From NCBI GenBank assembly GCA_049315725.1, contig JBMOJP010000005.1, forward strand, positions 1 to 51,188: 51,188 bases of DNA, read 5' to 3'. Origin of the DNA: Chthoniobacterales bacterium (GTDB taxonomy: Bacteria > Verrucomicrobiota > Verrucomicrobiia > Chthoniobacterales > JACTMZ01). Position numbers and translations under genes: made by a program. The first letter of the stretch is position 1. Each line of letters starts with the position of its first letter. The notes under the pieces are model-generated. The model had not been told where the DNA came from. It did not search any database and saw only the letters and a program-made list of their open reading frames with translations. Below are positions 1 through 10,481 of this stretch, piece after piece.

Positions 1-2
1 AG

Positions 3-539
3 ATCGTCAACTCGGTCGGCAAAATCGGACTGGCCGTGCGCGGCCTCTATGGCGAAGGCACCGAAGCCTTGGGCAACCTCTTCCAAGTTTCCAACCAGAC
101 CACCTTGGGCGAAACGGAGGAGGAAATCATCGACCGGCTGGGCAAGGTCATTGAGCAGGTCATCGAGCATGAGCAAAACGCGCGGCAGACCCTCCTCGAG
201 CGACGGGCCAACATGCTGCTCGACCAGATCGGCCGCGCCTACGGCATCCTCGGCCACGCCCGTTCCATCGCCTCCAAGGAAACGCTCAACCTTCTCTCCA
301 TTCTCAAACTCGGAGCCGATCTCGGGCTCTTCCCCGAACCGACCCAACTGGCGGTGGACGAACTTTTCATCACGACCCAGCCGGCGCACCTGCAACTCGG
401 GGCCCAGGAGGAAAAGTTGAGCCCCGAGGAACGCGACACCTTGCGCGCCGACTTGGTCCGTGCAAAAGTGAAAATTATCCCCGAGCCCAACATCGCCAAA
501 GTCGGCCCGGCGAAGAACGGCCGGAAAAAAGACCAATGA
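3..539 (+). CDS. mcsB: Protein arginine kinase McsB (5' partial, runs off the window)
   Basis: Frame open from position 3 (IVNSVGKIGLAVRGLYGEGTEALGNLFQVSNQTTLG...TQPAHLQ...RDTLRA), typical McsB C-terminal half; stop overlaps clpC start (ATGA). Confidence 0.9.
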   Translation: MVNSVGKIGLAVRGLYGEGTEALGNLFQVSNQTTLGETEEEIIDRLGKVIEQVIEHEQNARQTLLERRANMLLDQIGRAYGILGHARSIASKETLNLLSILKLGADLGLFPEPTQLAVDELFITTQPAHLQLGAQEEKLSPEERDTLRADLVRAKVKIIPEPNIAKVGPAKNGRKKDQ

Positions 540-3031
540 ACAACTTTACCCCACGCGCCCAACAGGTTCTCGCCCTCGCCCGCAAGGAGGCGGACCGCTT
601 CAACCACAACTACGTGGGCACCGAGCACCTTCTCCTCGGCTTGATCAAGCTCGGTCAGGGTGTGGCCATCAATGTGCTGGCCAAGATGGGTCTCGACCTC
701 GAGACGGTCCGCATGGAGGTGGAAAAACAGGTCGGCTCGGGCCCGGAGACCAAGATGGTGGGCAACATCCCCTACACACCGCGGGTCAAGAAAGTTTTGG
801 CCCTGGCCGGCAAGGAAGCCAAGGCCCTCGGCCACTCGTATGTCGGCACGGAGCATATCCTGCTCGGACTTCTCCGCGAAGGCGATGGCGTGGCCGCCAA
901 GGTCTTGAAGAACCTCGATGTGGACATTGAGCGCACCCGCAACGAAATCCTCCGCGAGCTTAATCCGAACTTCAGCCCGGAGGACGAGGACATGGAAGCC
1001 GCCGAGGTGGGCGGCGGACCCGCGGGCAAGAAGGAGGTCAAAACCCCGGCGCTGCGCGCCTTCGGCCGCGACCTCAACGAGATGGCCCGCAAGGGCAACA
1101 TGGATCCGGTCATCGGCCGGGCCAGCGAGATCGAGCGCGTCATCCAGATTCTCTGCCGCCGGACGAAAAACAATCCGGTCCTCATCGGCGAAGCCGGCGT
1201 GGGCAAGACCGCCATCGCCGAGGGCCTGGCCCAGGAAATCATCGCCGGCAACGTGCCCGATCTTCTGCGCGACAAACGCGTCATCACCCTCGACCTCGCC
1301 CTCATGGTGGCGGGGACCAAATACCGCGGACAGTTCGAAGAACGGATCAAGGCGGTGATGGACGAAATCCGCAAGAGCAAGAACATCATTCTTTTCATCG
1401 ACGAGCTGCACACCATCGTCGGGGCCGGCTCGGCCGAGGGCGCGATGGACGCCTCCAACATCATCAAGCCGGCCCTTTCCCGCGGGGAACTCCAGTGCGT
1501 CGGCGCGACCACCCTCAACGAATACCGCAAGTATATCGAGAAGGACTCGGCCCTCGAGCGGCGCTTCCAGACCGTCAAGGTCGAAGCCCCCAGCGTGGAC
1601 GAGACCATCCTCATCCTCAAGGGCATCCGCCCGAAATACGAGGCGCACCACAAGGCCAAGCTGACCGATGAGGCTTTGGAGTTTGCCGCCAAGCTTTCCG
1701 ACCGCTACCTGACCGGAAGATTCCTGCCGGACAAGGCCATTGATGTGATGGACGAGGCCGGCGCGCGGGCCCGGATTCAGAACATGACCCGTCCGCCCGA
1801 CGTGAAAACGCTCGAGGTCGAGATCGAGGAAATCCGGGGGCAGAAGGAAGCGGCGATCAAAGCCCAGGATTTTGAGAAGGCCGCCGCCCTGCGCGACAGC
1901 GAAAAGCACGCCCGCGAGAAACTCGACCAGATCATGAACGACTGGCGGGCCAGCCGGGACGAGAAAGAGGTGGTGGTAGGCGAGGACGACATTCTCCATG
2001 TCATCTCTAAATGGACCGGCATTCCGCTTTCCCGCATGGACCAGAACGAGACGCGCAAGCTGCTCGCGATGGAGAGCGAATTGCGCAAGAAAGTCATCGG
2101 TCAGGATGAGGCGGTCATCGCCATCAGCAAGGCCCTGCGCCGCTCCCGCGCCGACCTCAAGGATCCACGCCGACCGATCGGCTCGTTTATTTTCCTCGGC
2201 CCCACCGGTGTGGGAAAAACCTTTCTGGCCCGCACGCTGGCCGAATTCATGTTCGGCGACGCCGACTCACTCATCCAGATCGACATGTCGGAATACATGG
2301 AGAAGTTCACCGCCTCGCGCCTCATCGGGTCGCCTCCGGGCTACGTCGGCCACGAGGAAGGCGGGCAACTCAGCGAGGCGGTGCGCCGCCGGCCCTATTC
2401 GGTCGTTCTGTTCGACGAGATCGAGAAGGCCCACCCCGATGTGATGCACCTGCTTCTCCAGATTCTCGAGGAGGGCAAGATCACCGACTCGCTCGGGCGC
2501 AAAATCGACTTCCGCAACACGATCATCATCATGACGTCCAACGTCGGGGCCGAGTTGCTGAAGAAGCAGACCTCGCTCGGCTTCGGCGCGGCCAAGCTCG
2601 ACGAAAGCCACGAGGGCATGCGGGACAAGGTCATGGAGGAAACCAAACGCGTCTTCAAACCGGAGTTCCTCAACCGGCTCGACGACATCATTGTCTTCCA
2701 CTCGCTGGCCAAGGGAGATCTTGAGCACATCGTGGACCTCGAGGTCCGCAAGGTCATTGACCGCCTCAAAGCGAAGGACATCACCGTCGTGCTCGAGCCC
2801 GCAGCCAAGGAGTTCCTCATCAGCAAGGGTTACGATCCCCAATACGGAGCACGCCCGATGCGCCGTGCGGTCGAGCGCTACCTCGAGGATCCCGTGGCCG
2901 AGGAGATTCTGCGCGGCAGTTACAAGCCGGGGCAGGAACTCCGCGTGGTCCGGGACGGCGAGAAACTTGCGTTCAAGACCAAGAACGAAGCCGAACCTCC
3001 CGCTCTCGCCGCCGCCGAGAGCCCGGAGTAA
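536..3031 (+). CDS. clpC: ATP-dependent Clp protease ATP-binding subunit ClpC
   Basis: 831 aa; two Clp-N repeats, Walker A GEAGVGKT and [11 protein letters not shown]-like M-domain ([11 protein letters not shown]), [21 protein letters not shown]; follows mcsB. Confidence 0.97.
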   Translation: MNNFTPRAQQVLALARKEADRFNHNYVGTEHLLLGLIKLGQGVAINVLAKMGLDLETVRMEVEKQVGSGPETKMVGNIPYTPRVKKVLALAGKEAKALGHSYVGTEHILLGLLREGDGVAAKVLKNLDVDIERTRNEILRELNPNFSPEDEDMEAAEVGGGPAGKKEVKTPALRAFGRDLNEMARKGNMDPVIGRASEIERVIQILCRRTKNNPVLIGEAGVGKTAIAEGLAQEIIAGNVPDLLRDKRVITLDLALMVAGTKYRGQFEERIKAVMDEIRKSKNIILFIDELHTIVGAGSAEGAMDASNIIKPALSRGELQCVGATTLNEYRKYIEKDSALERRFQTVKVEAPSVDETILILKGIRPKYEAHHKAKLTDEALEFAAKLSDRYLTGRFLPDKAIDVMDEAGARARIQNMTRPPDVKTLEVEIEEIRGQKEAAIKAQDFEKAAALRDSEKHAREKLDQIMNDWRASRDEKEVVVGEDDILHVISKWTGIPLSRMDQNETRKLLAMESELRKKVIGQDEAVIAISKALRRSRADLKDPRRPIGSFIFLGPTGVGKTFLARTLAEFMFGDADSLIQIDMSEYMEKFTASRLIGSPPGYVGHEEGGQLSEAVRRRPYSVVLFDEIEKAHPDVMHLLLQILEEGKITDSLGRKIDFRNTIIIMTSNVGAELLKKQTSLGFGAAKLDESHEGMRDKVMEETKRVFKPEFLNRLDDIIVFHSLAKGDLEHIVDLEVRKVIDRLKAKDITVVLEPAAKEFLISKGYDPQYGARPMRRAVERYLEDPVAEEILRGSYKPGQELRVVRDGEKLAFKTKNEAEPPALAAAESPE

Positions 3032-3037
3032 TCGGCC

Positions 3038-6000
3038 TCAGCGAAAGCTCCAGCGGAAGCCAACTTCCTCCGCCGGGCTGTTCAGGTGAAATTCTTCCGG
3101 GGGCCGGGCACCGGCAGAGAGGCGAGGCCAGGCGGCACCGATTTCAAGTCGGGCCGTGGACGGCACGATGCCGGTGTTGAGCAGCAGAACGAGCTGGCGG
3201 GCGGTCAGCGAGGGCGAGGACGAGAGAGCCAGCGCGCCCCCGGCCAGCGGACCCGAAGCCGTGGCTGCGATCTGGAAGGCGCCGGCCGCCCCTGCACCGG
3301 TTAGATCGAGCAGCGGCTGCCACGGCAGATCTCGAGTGAATGGCAAGGTTCCGTGGGTGTGGAGCGAGACGCCGGAGGGCAAGATCACGCTCAGGTTCTC
3401 GACACCGACATCCCCCAGCAGCAGCGGCTGACCCAAGGTTCCCTCGATTTGCAGGTTGGGTCGCAGGAGCCCGGAGTTCCGATCTGGCCCGACCGCCACC
3501 GGCTGGCTCGCGGTCAGGCGAATCGTGGTGTTCCAGGCGGAAAATGGCGCAAGGCTGAAGCCCGGAGGCACGGGCCACCCGGCAGTGGGGGCGGGCTGTG
3601 TTTCGGGCGTGACCACCAACCGACGCAGCACGCGGCTGCCGATCAAATCCACCACGCCATCCACCGCCCCGCTCTCGCCTCCACCCTTCGCCGTCAGCTG
3701 CAGACCGCCCTGGAGCAGGAGGTCGTCGTTGCGGAAGAATCGCAGGTTGGCTCCGCGGGCGGACAGATCGTAGCTGGGCCGAGCCATCTCGCCAAAACTC
3801 ATCTGGCCGCCAAGGCTGAGCGTCCCCTCACCCATCTTCATCCTTGTGCCCTCGAGGGCGGCCTGTGTTCCCGCCAGAACAACCTTGGCTTGCACATCGG
3901 TCAGAGGTTCCCAACCTTTCGCCGCCTCAAGCCGGCCTTCTGTCCACTCGATCGTGCCGTCCAAATGCGGCTCGAAAGGAGTGTGCGACGCTTTGATTTC
4001 GGCGCGCATCTCACCCGAGGCGAGACGGAAAACGCCCACCTTCGGTCCAAAGGAAGCGAGGTCGAGCGAAGGAACCGAGAGGCGCATGTCCCAGGGCTGA
4101 AGACCATCAATCATGGTCCAACCGCCATCAGCCCCCTCGCCCATCAAGGGCAGGTTTGCGGTGAGCTGGACTTCTTCCCCGCCTTCCGGGATCAACTTGG
4201 CGGCCAGCGAGGCCCGGCAGTCCTTTGCTTGCAGGGTTAGCTCGGCCCGGGACGGAGGCAGCGAGAAGCTGGGCAGCTTGGCCCGCAGTCCTGCGATGAA
4301 AAGACGGCCGTCCACCACCGCATTTTCCCACGGTCCGCTCGCATCGAGGCGAAGATCAACCCGCCCGCGCAGCGTGGTTTCCTGACCAAACAACTCGACC
4401 AGCGAGCCGAGCTCGAGGTCTTCCGAGCGCACCGAGGCATAGACGTCGTTGGAGGGCATGATGACCTCGCCCCAAGCACGGCGGTCCAGCACGGCATCGA
4501 GAGAGACCGGCAGAAAAAGTTCGCCGCGCAACAACCGCGTGCGGCCGCTGAACAATTGAATGTCCTGCATGGACAATCCCTTGGCTCCAAAATAGAGCAC
4601 CGATGAGAGAGAGAGCGGTCCGCGGTCGAGCAGGAATCGGCTCACGTAGATGTTCCCCGGCGAATAGGTTGCCACCAGGTTGGCGTTGACCGGCACGGGA
4701 TTGAGATCTCCGGTGAACTTGACCAATTCGAGGCTGGCCACCCCCGAGTGTGCATCGCCCGCTCCATCCCCCTCCCAGAAAAGCAGCACACTGCCCTCGC
4801 GCGCCCAATCGGGGGCAAAGCGGCCAATGGGCTCGAGATAGCGGGCAATCTCGCGCACGCGCAATTCGAGGCGCCCTTGGTAGGCGAGTTTGTCCGAGAT
4901 CGAGACCAGGCCCTCGCCGCGGAGAAAATTGACCCCGCTCCACGCCTCGATGCCTGCGAGGGAAATGTCGCGACCGTTGGAAAAGGCATCCGCTTGGAGC
5001 CAATTCACCGGCATACCCCGCAGACGCAGATTCCAGCCGCGCAGGCTGGACCAGCCTTTGCTATCACGTGCCGTCCCAGCGACGGCCCCATGCGCCTGCA
5101 CGGCACCCGCCGAGTTTTTTCCGCGGTCGCCCACCAGAGCCGCGAGCGCGCTCAGGTCGCCCACCTCCAGCCGCCAGGCTGCTTGGAACGGAGCCTCGCT
5201 CCAGGCCCCACCCTCGGCGGGCAGGGTCACCCATCCGGACAAATCCACCACATTGGCGGGCTGTTGCAGGAGGAACTGGTCGACCTGCAATTTACGCCCG
5301 GCCAGACTCAGGCCGAGTTTGGCCTCCGCGAAGGCTCGCGGACCTGCGGCAAAATCCCGCACCTCGGCTCGAAGGGCAACCTGTGCATCCGCCGGATGCT
5401 GCGGATCGCCATTGAAAATAAACTTCGTCGTATCAACCCGCCCCTGCAAACCGTCCGGCCAGGCGAAAAAGCGGCCAGCCTGGTCGAGCGATAGATTCCA
5501 TGCATTGACCGCGACCTTTATGGCCGCGTCCTCAAAGGCCAAGTCGGCCTGCATGTAACCGCCGAACGCCGTCGAGGCCAAAGTGGCTTCCGGCGGACCG
5601 ACCAGGGCGAGGGAGAACGAATCCACCGCGACATTATCGCCCAAATCCAAGTCAGCCAGGTAGAGGCTGCCGCCACTCCATCCGGTGACGGCTTGCCGAT
5701 CAGTCCAGTCTTTCTGCCAATCGCCACTGCGCCACCCAACGCTGCGCGCCTGCCAGACGCCGGGGTTGTCTTCGTCCAGACGTCCCTCCACCCCGCCCAT
5801 GGTCAGGCTGTGCACCCCGTGGCGCCACGAAAGTTTCGAGGCCGTGATGTCCAGTACACGCGGCACAAGGGCAAGCGAGGTGAACGGGGCACCAAGAGCA
5901 CGACCCGAGGTTTTCGCTCGCGAGGCCTTCGGCTCTTCGATCGCAATGTTCCCAGCCAGATCGCGCACCTCGACCTTTTGCAGCAAGCGGCAGGGTGATT

Positions 6001-6301
6001 GCAGCCAGTGCCAGGGAGCAGTCAAAAACACCTCGACCCGCTCCGCCTGCAGGCTGGTTCCGTCCGCGGCGTTCACCCTCACCTTCTCCAAGACCAACGG
6101 CCGCGAAATCGCCGTGCGCACCCGCTCCGCGCTCAGATTGTAACCCGACCGCGCGGCCGCCCAAGGGACAAGGTGCCCGGCCACCCAACTGAGGATCGCC
6201 GTCTGGCTGATGGCCACGGCCAGGAGAACCGCGAGGACAAAGCCAAGACGGGCGAGGCGCTGGCGGGAAGGAGGGGATGCAGAGACAGCGGACTCGGTCA
6301 T
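3038..6301 (-). CDS. TamB/AsmA-like translocation and assembly module protein
   Basis: 1087 aa, N-terminal membrane anchor, long amphipathic beta-strand repeats, DUF490-like C-terminal part (LQIEGTLGQPLLLG...LSSSPSLTARQLVLLLNTG). Confidence 0.7.
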   Translation of the reverse strand: MTESAVSASPPSRQRLARLGFVLAVLLAVAISQTAILSWVAGHLVPWAAARSGYNLSAERVRTAISRPLVLEKVRVNAADGTSLQAERVEVFLTAPWHWLQSPCRLLQKVEVRDLAGNIAIEEPKASRAKTSGRALGAPFTSLALVPRVLDITASKLSWRHGVHSLTMGGVEGRLDEDNPGVWQARSVGWRSGDWQKDWTDRQAVTGWSGGSLYLADLDLGDNVAVDSFSLALVGPPEATLASTAFGGYMQADLAFEDAAIKVAVNAWNLSLDQAGRFFAWPDGLQGRVDTTKFIFNGDPQHPADAQVALRAEVRDFAAGPRAFAEAKLGLSLAGRKLQVDQFLLQQPANVVDLSGWVTLPAEGGAWSEAPFQAAWRLEVGDLSALAALVGDRGKNSAGAVQAHGAVAGTARDSKGWSSLRGWNLRLRGMPVNWLQADAFSNGRDISLAGIEAWSGVNFLRGEGLVSISDKLAYQGRLELRVREIARYLEPIGRFAPDWAREGSVLLFWEGDGAGDAHSGVASLELVKFTGDLNPVPVNANLVATYSPGNIYVSRFLLDRGPLSLSSVLYFGAKGLSMQDIQLFSGRTRLLRGELFLPVSLDAVLDRRAWGEVIMPSNDVYASVRSEDLELGSLVELFGQETTLRGRVDLRLDASGPWENAVVDGRLFIAGLRAKLPSFSLPPSRAELTLQAKDCRASLAAKLIPEGGEEVQLTANLPLMGEGADGGWTMIDGLQPWDMRLSVPSLDLASFGPKVGVFRLASGEMRAEIKASHTPFEPHLDGTIEWTEGRLEAAKGWEPLTDVQAKVVLAGTQAALEGTRMKMGEGTLSLGGQMSFGEMARPSYDLSARGANLRFFRNDDLLLQGGLQLTAKGGGESGAVDGVVDLIGSRVLRRLVVTPETQPAPTAGWPVPPGFSLAPFSAWNTTIRLTASQPVAVGPDRNSGLLRPNLQIEGTLGQPLLLGDVGVENLSVILPSGVSLHTHGTLPFTRDLPWQPLLDLTGAGAAGAFQIAATASGPLAGGALALSSSPSLTARQLVLLLNTGIVPSTARLEIGAAWPRLSAGARPPEEFHLNSPAEEVGFRWSFR

Positions 6302-6345
6302 GTCGCAGTCTGTTCGCCGATGGCGGGAACGGAGTTGATGCCCCT

Positions 6346-6418
6346 AAAAAGTTGCAGCCCTCCTCGTCGAATGACGAGAAGGGCTGCTGTTCCCCCCAGA
6401 ACAATCTTTACTACAGAT
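6346..6418 (-). ncRNA. Candidate small RNA (or terminated leader upstream of the tamB-like gene)
   Basis: Minus strand: A-tract, TTGCGC (6452-6447), N16, TAATAT (6430-6425), then a TGTTC-TGGGGG-GAACA hairpin, a 14-bp stem (6354-6387) and AACTTTTT, all in an AT-rich intergenic gap. Confidence 0.45.
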
Positions 6419-6559
6419 GTAGGTATATTAACGAGTGGTGCCCCGGGCGCAAGGTTTTTTTTTGAGTTTCTTCGCTCGTCGCCGGTATGGCATTTAAACC
6501 GTTTGTCCATAATTGTTTATGCTTTGTTACGAATGGGTAACAAGATGCAGATAGGGCAC

Positions 6560-6925
6560 CTACTTGAACAGCAGCATCCGAATCCCTATCAGAATCATAA
6601 GGATGGCAAAGACCCGGGCGAGGGTTTCATTGGAGAGGTGCTTGAGCCAATCGGTGGCCAACCACGCGGTGCAGGCTGCTCCGATGACGACGGGGACAAC
6701 GATTTGCCATTTGACGAGGGAGGCCGCCGAATACCTCGCGGTCGCCACGAGGGAGACGACAATGATGACGGCGAGCGATGTGGCCACGGCGGATTTCTGG
6801 TCGAGGGCCATGAAAAAAACAAAAGCCGGGACCATGATGAGACCACCCCCTACCCCGCAGAGGGCGGCGAGAACTCCGGTCAGCGCGCCGATACCGAGGC
6901 CGAGAACAAACTGCCACAGCGTCAT
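6560..6925 (-). CDS. Half-size sulfite exporter TauE/SafE (TSUP) family protein
   Basis: 121 aa hydrophobic protein; GVGGGLIMVP and QKSAVATSL motifs; ATG 6925 overlaps the nudix stop. Confidence 0.85.
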   Translation of the reverse strand: MTLWQFVLGLGIGALTGVLAALCGVGGGLIMVPAFVFFMALDQKSAVATSLAVIIVVSLVATARYSAASLVKWQIVVPVVIGAACTAWLATDWLKHLSNETLARVFAILMILIGIRMLLFK

Positions 6926-7422
6926 GCTCCGGCGGGCGCCTCCGTCACCAACCAATCCAAGCGATGATCCACCATGCGATCACCGTCGAATTCGAAAAAA
7001 CCGCGGAAGCTCCGTCCCGCCAGCAGACCGGGCAGCCAATGGCGGTCATCCGCCCACATGCGGTCGTAGGGAATCTCATCCACCCGCACCCAGAGCGGAA
7101 TGGCCTCGTCGGTTTCGACCGGTTCGCCCTCGCAATCCGCCGAGAGAAACACCGCGCAGTGCAAAGAATATCCGTCCGCAAATTGAAAGCTGAGTTCGCC
7201 GCGCAAGCGGGGATCGCAGGGCACGACACCCAGTTCCTCGCCGACCTCGCGCACCGCCGCCTCCAGTGCGGTCTCCCCCGGCTCGAGCCGGCCGCCCGGG
7301 CCGTTGATCTTTCCTGCGCCCAACCCGCGTTTCTTGTGGATGAGCAGAACCTCGTGGCCCCGGGTGATGAAGCATAGATTGGCCCTTTCGCGCGGCTCCC
7401 AGTTTGGCCAGTCGGTGGTCAT
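6922..7422 (-). CDS. Nudix hydrolase, 8-oxo-dGTP diphosphatase (MTH1-like)
   Basis: KKRGLGAGKINGPGGRLEPGETALEAAVREVGEELG nudix box; IPYDRMWADDRHWLP. Confidence 0.88.
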   Translation of the reverse strand: MTTDWPNWEPRERANLCFITRGHEVLLIHKKRGLGAGKINGPGGRLEPGETALEAAVREVGEELGVVPCDPRLRGELSFQFADGYSLHCAVFLSADCEGEPVETDEAIPLWVRVDEIPYDRMWADDRHWLPGLLAGRSFRGFFEFDGDRMVDHRLDWLVTEAPAGA

Positions 7423-7447
7423 GTGCAGTCGTCGAGAACGGGGACCC

Positions 7448-7906
7448 TTAGCGGCCGGCCAGCCGGAGCGGCACAACCAGCACCGGGCACAACGCGTGTT
7501 TGAGCACACCGTTGACCACACTGCCGGTGAAGAGATGATAAAGCGCACCGTGACCATGGGAGCCCATGACGATGAGCTCCGCGTTGCATTCGCCGGCGGC
7601 GGCGATGATTTCATCAGCGGGCAGGCCGAAGCGCACCGCGGACTCGCAAGCCAGACCTTGGGCCTGCACCTTGCTGGCCAGTTCCCGGACTTGGGCGGTC
7701 TCAATCCTTTTCTCGTTTTCGAAGTCGGTTCCCGAGCTCAACCGCATCATCTCCGGATCGGTTTCAAAACCGGCCACCCCGGCGACAGGCTCGATGACAT
7801 GGAGAAGGAAGAGTCCAGCTTCGCGCCTCCCGGCCTCCTCGGCCGCTGCGGCCAGCAGACCGCCCGCCGAGTCGCTGAAATCCACCGGAACCAGAACCAT
7901 TTTCAT
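7448..7906 (-). CDS. Universal stress protein (UspA family)
   Basis: MKMVLVPVDFS...LLHV...GLPADEI...LIVMGSHGHG...GSVVNGVLKHALCPVLVVP. Confidence 0.92.
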   Translation of the reverse strand: MKMVLVPVDFSDSAGGLLAAAAEEAGRREAGLFLLHVIEPVAGVAGFETDPEMMRLSSGTDFENEKRIETAQVRELASKVQAQGLACESAVRFGLPADEIIAAAGECNAELIVMGSHGHGALYHLFTGSVVNGVLKHALCPVLVVPLRLAGR

Positions 7907-8008
7907 TGGAGCAATATCAGCCCGTCCCCCCCGCGGGGCCAGCGAGAAATCAGGCCACGGCCCGATGGACACAGCGCCGGCTTTATGGCACTTTGGAGGA
8001 GTAAACAC

Positions 8009-8839
8009 ATGACTGCGGCTGTTCTGATCGGAATCCTCGCCCTGTTCGCCTCCACCGTCCACGGGGAGGACACGAACGAGGTCATGGTCGACGATTTTGC
8101 CCGCGAGGAGCTCGGGGTCAACGAACTCACCGCTCCGTCCATCCAGGGACTTTTTTCTGACCTGGAAGCCTTCAAACCCATCCCCATCGCTCTCATTGCC
8201 GAGACCGACTTCGACCGGGTCTACAACAACCGCTTCCAAACCTCGCTGAATTTTGGCGCCCTGATCTGCGACGGATTTTTTGCGGTGCTGGGGGAGCAAA
8301 AGCCGCTGATCCAAAAAGTCGGCCGCTCCCTGCTCCGGCAGGCCCAAAGCCTCGCGGTCGGCCAGCGGCTCTCCACCCACGCCAACAGCCTGCTCGAACT
8401 GGGCCAGCGCGGGGACTGGGCCGCACTCAAACTCGAGTTGATCAAGACCCAGTCCGATGTCGAACAGGCCATGATCGAGCTGCGCGACGAAGAGATGGCC
8501 CACATGGTCAGCCTGGGGGGATGGCTCCGCGGTTTCGAGATCAGCACGATCGTCACTGCGGAGAACTACAGCCCGCAGCGGGCCGCCGGATTGGTCAAAC
8601 CTGACGTCATGAACTACTACCTCGACCGCCTCGAGACGATGAATCCGCGGATCAAAAACACCGAGGTGGTTACCGGCATCACCTCGCGTCTGGAGACTAT
8701 CCGGGCCATCTCGGCCGAAGCCTCGGGACGGCCACCTTCGCTTTCCGAAGTCCAACGCATGCGCGATCTGGCCATCGAAATCACCCAGACGATGTCCGCC
8801 CAGGTGGACAACGAGGGGCGCATCATCAAGGCCCCCTAG
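8009..8839 (+). CDS. Hypothetical exported all-helical protein
   Basis: GGAGGAG Shine-Dalgarno before ATG 8009; signal peptide (AAVLIGILALFASTVHG); host-like codon usage; no recognisable family. Confidence 0.7.
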   Translation: MTAAVLIGILALFASTVHGEDTNEVMVDDFAREELGVNELTAPSIQGLFSDLEAFKPIPIALIAETDFDRVYNNRFQTSLNFGALICDGFFAVLGEQKPLIQKVGRSLLRQAQSLAVGQRLSTHANSLLELGQRGDWAALKLELIKTQSDVEQAMIELRDEEMAHMVSLGGWLRGFEISTIVTAENYSPQRAAGLVKPDVMNYYLDRLETMNPRIKNTEVVTGITSRLETIRAISAEASGRPPSLSEVQRMRDLAIEITQTMSAQVDNEGRIIKAP

Positions 8840-8858
8840 CCGCGACCGGCCGCACGTC

Positions 8859-10481
8859 ATGCCGGTTGTCTTTCGTCCGCCCCCGCGCAGTCGCGCGCCT
8901 GAACTCCACCGGTCCGCGGAGGATTTTTTTCGCGCCACCTGGGCCGACTTTCCCCAGGACGCAGCCGGGCACGGGCTGAAGGCATACCGTGGGCGGCTCG
9001 GACCGAACGATCCGGCCGTGCACCAGCGACAGGCGGCCCGCCTCGCGCACACGCTCGCCCGCGTGGAGGCGCTCTCCCCGGGGGAGGGCGACGACTGGAC
9101 CGATCGCCGGGCGTTTTTGGCCAGCCTGCGCACCGGCCTGTTTTTTCATGCCACGCATCCGCGCTGGCAACTCGACCCCCAAAGCCACAGCGGCACCGCG
9201 GTCAACAGCGTGTTCCACCTCCTCGTGCGCGAAGCCGACAATCTCCGCGCGGCCACGCCGGACATCCTCTCGCTCCTCGCGGACATTCCGCGTTTTCTCG
9301 ACGAGGGCTACGCCTGCCTGCGGCGCCCCGTCCCGCTCTGGACGCGCTTGGCCATTCGCTCGGGCCGGCACACCGCCACGTTTTTCGCCCAAGCCGCCGG
9401 GCAAATCACGCCGCTGGCCCCGTCCCCCCAGCGCGCGCAGAGACTCTTTGCGGCCGCCGCGGACGCCTTCCGCGACTACGCGCAGCGTCTGGAAAAGATC
9501 AAAACCGGCCCGGCCGGCGGATTTGCCGTGGGGCGCGAACATTTCGAGTTTCTCCTGCGGGAGCGACTCGGCACCGATGCGAACGCGAACGAACTGCTCC
9601 ACGAGGGCCAGCGCCTCGTGGCGTCGGTCGGCCATGAACTCAAGCGCGAGGCCGCGCGCTTCGGTCGTCGCTCCGCGCACGACCTCCTCGAATCTCTGCG
9701 CCATGACTGGCGGCCGTCCGCCCCCGATCTTCTCACCGAATACCGCCGGATCACGAAAGAGATCAAGGCACACCTTGACCACTCCGGGATCGTGACCCTG
9801 CCGCGCGGGGAACGATTGAAGGTCGTCCCGGTGCCGGATTTCTTGCGCGAGCAATTCCCGACGGCCGCCTACAGCGCGCCGGGACCGTTCGATCTCGATC
9901 AGACCGGAGTATTCTGGGTCAACGACCTGTCGAATTCAGCTTCCACTCCGGCGGCACGCCAGGCGGAAGTGGCCCAGCATTTCGGACTCGAACTGACCTG
10001 CGCCCACGAGGCTTATCCGGGACATCACCTGCAGTTCATCATCCAAAACCGACACCCCAGCCGGCTGCGCCGGATGTTTTCCCACGCGATTTTTTACGAA
10101 GGGTGGACGCTCTGGTGCGAGAAGCTTTGCGTGGAGCGCAAGATTTACCGCGCCCCGCATGCGCGCCTGATCCAATTGCATGATGCGCTCTGGCGGGCCC
10201 ATCGCATCCTGGTGGACATCGGCCTCCAGACCGGAGGACTCTCTCACGCTGGGGCCACGCGGCATCTGGTCGAGCATGTCGGCTTCACCCGCACGCGCGC
10301 CGCGGCCGACGTCAACTGGTATACTGCCTCACCTACTGTGCCGATGAGCTACCTGCTCGGCCGCGGCCAGGTGGAAAAACTTTTCGCCACCCATCGCGGA
10401 ACGCTACGGCAGTTCAACGACCGCCTGCTGGCGCACGGCGCCATCCCGTTTAGCTGGTTCCGCCCGACGGGGGCGGCGTGA
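8859..10481 (+). CDS. DUF885 family putative metallopeptidase
   Basis: HEAYPGHHLQ, FYEGWTLWCE, WRAHRILVDIGL, SYLLG motifs. Confidence 0.88.
   Translation: MPVVFRPPPRSRAPELHRSAEDFFRATWADFPQDAAGHGLKAYRGRLGPNDPAVHQRQAARLAHTLARVEALSPGEGDDWTDRRAFLASLRTGLFFHATHPRWQLDPQSHSGTAVNSVFHLLVREADNLRAATPDILSLLADIPRFLDEGYACLRRPVPLWTRLAIRSGRHTATFFAQAAGQITPLAPSPQRAQRLFAAAADAFRDYAQRLEKIKTGPAGGFAVGREHFEFLLRERLGTDANANELLHEGQRLVASVGHELKREAARFGRRSAHDLLESLRHDWRPSAPDLLTEYRRITKEIKAHLDHSGIVTLPRGERLKVVPVPDFLREQFPTAAYSAPGPFDLDQTGVFWVNDLSNSASTPAARQAEVAQHFGLELTCAHEAYPGHHLQFIIQNRHPSRLRRMFSHAIFYEGWTLWCEKLCVERKIYRAPHARLIQLHDALWRAHRILVDIGLQTGGLSHAGATRHLVEHVGFTRTRAAADVNWYTASPTVPMSYLLGRGQVEKLFATHRGTLRQFNDRLLAHGAIPFSWFRPTGAA

Noticed and set aside
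239-1999. Long antisense ORFs (also 7448-9133 in full, 14797-17049, 35705-37339, 43493-45154, 46963-48693)
   Set aside because: Shadow frames of well-supported genes in high-GC DNA; no family motifs.
6388-6403. TGTTC-N6-GAACA as a verrucomicrobial LexA box
   Set aside because: Spacer is 6, not 4; better explained as an RNA hairpin in the candidate sRNA.
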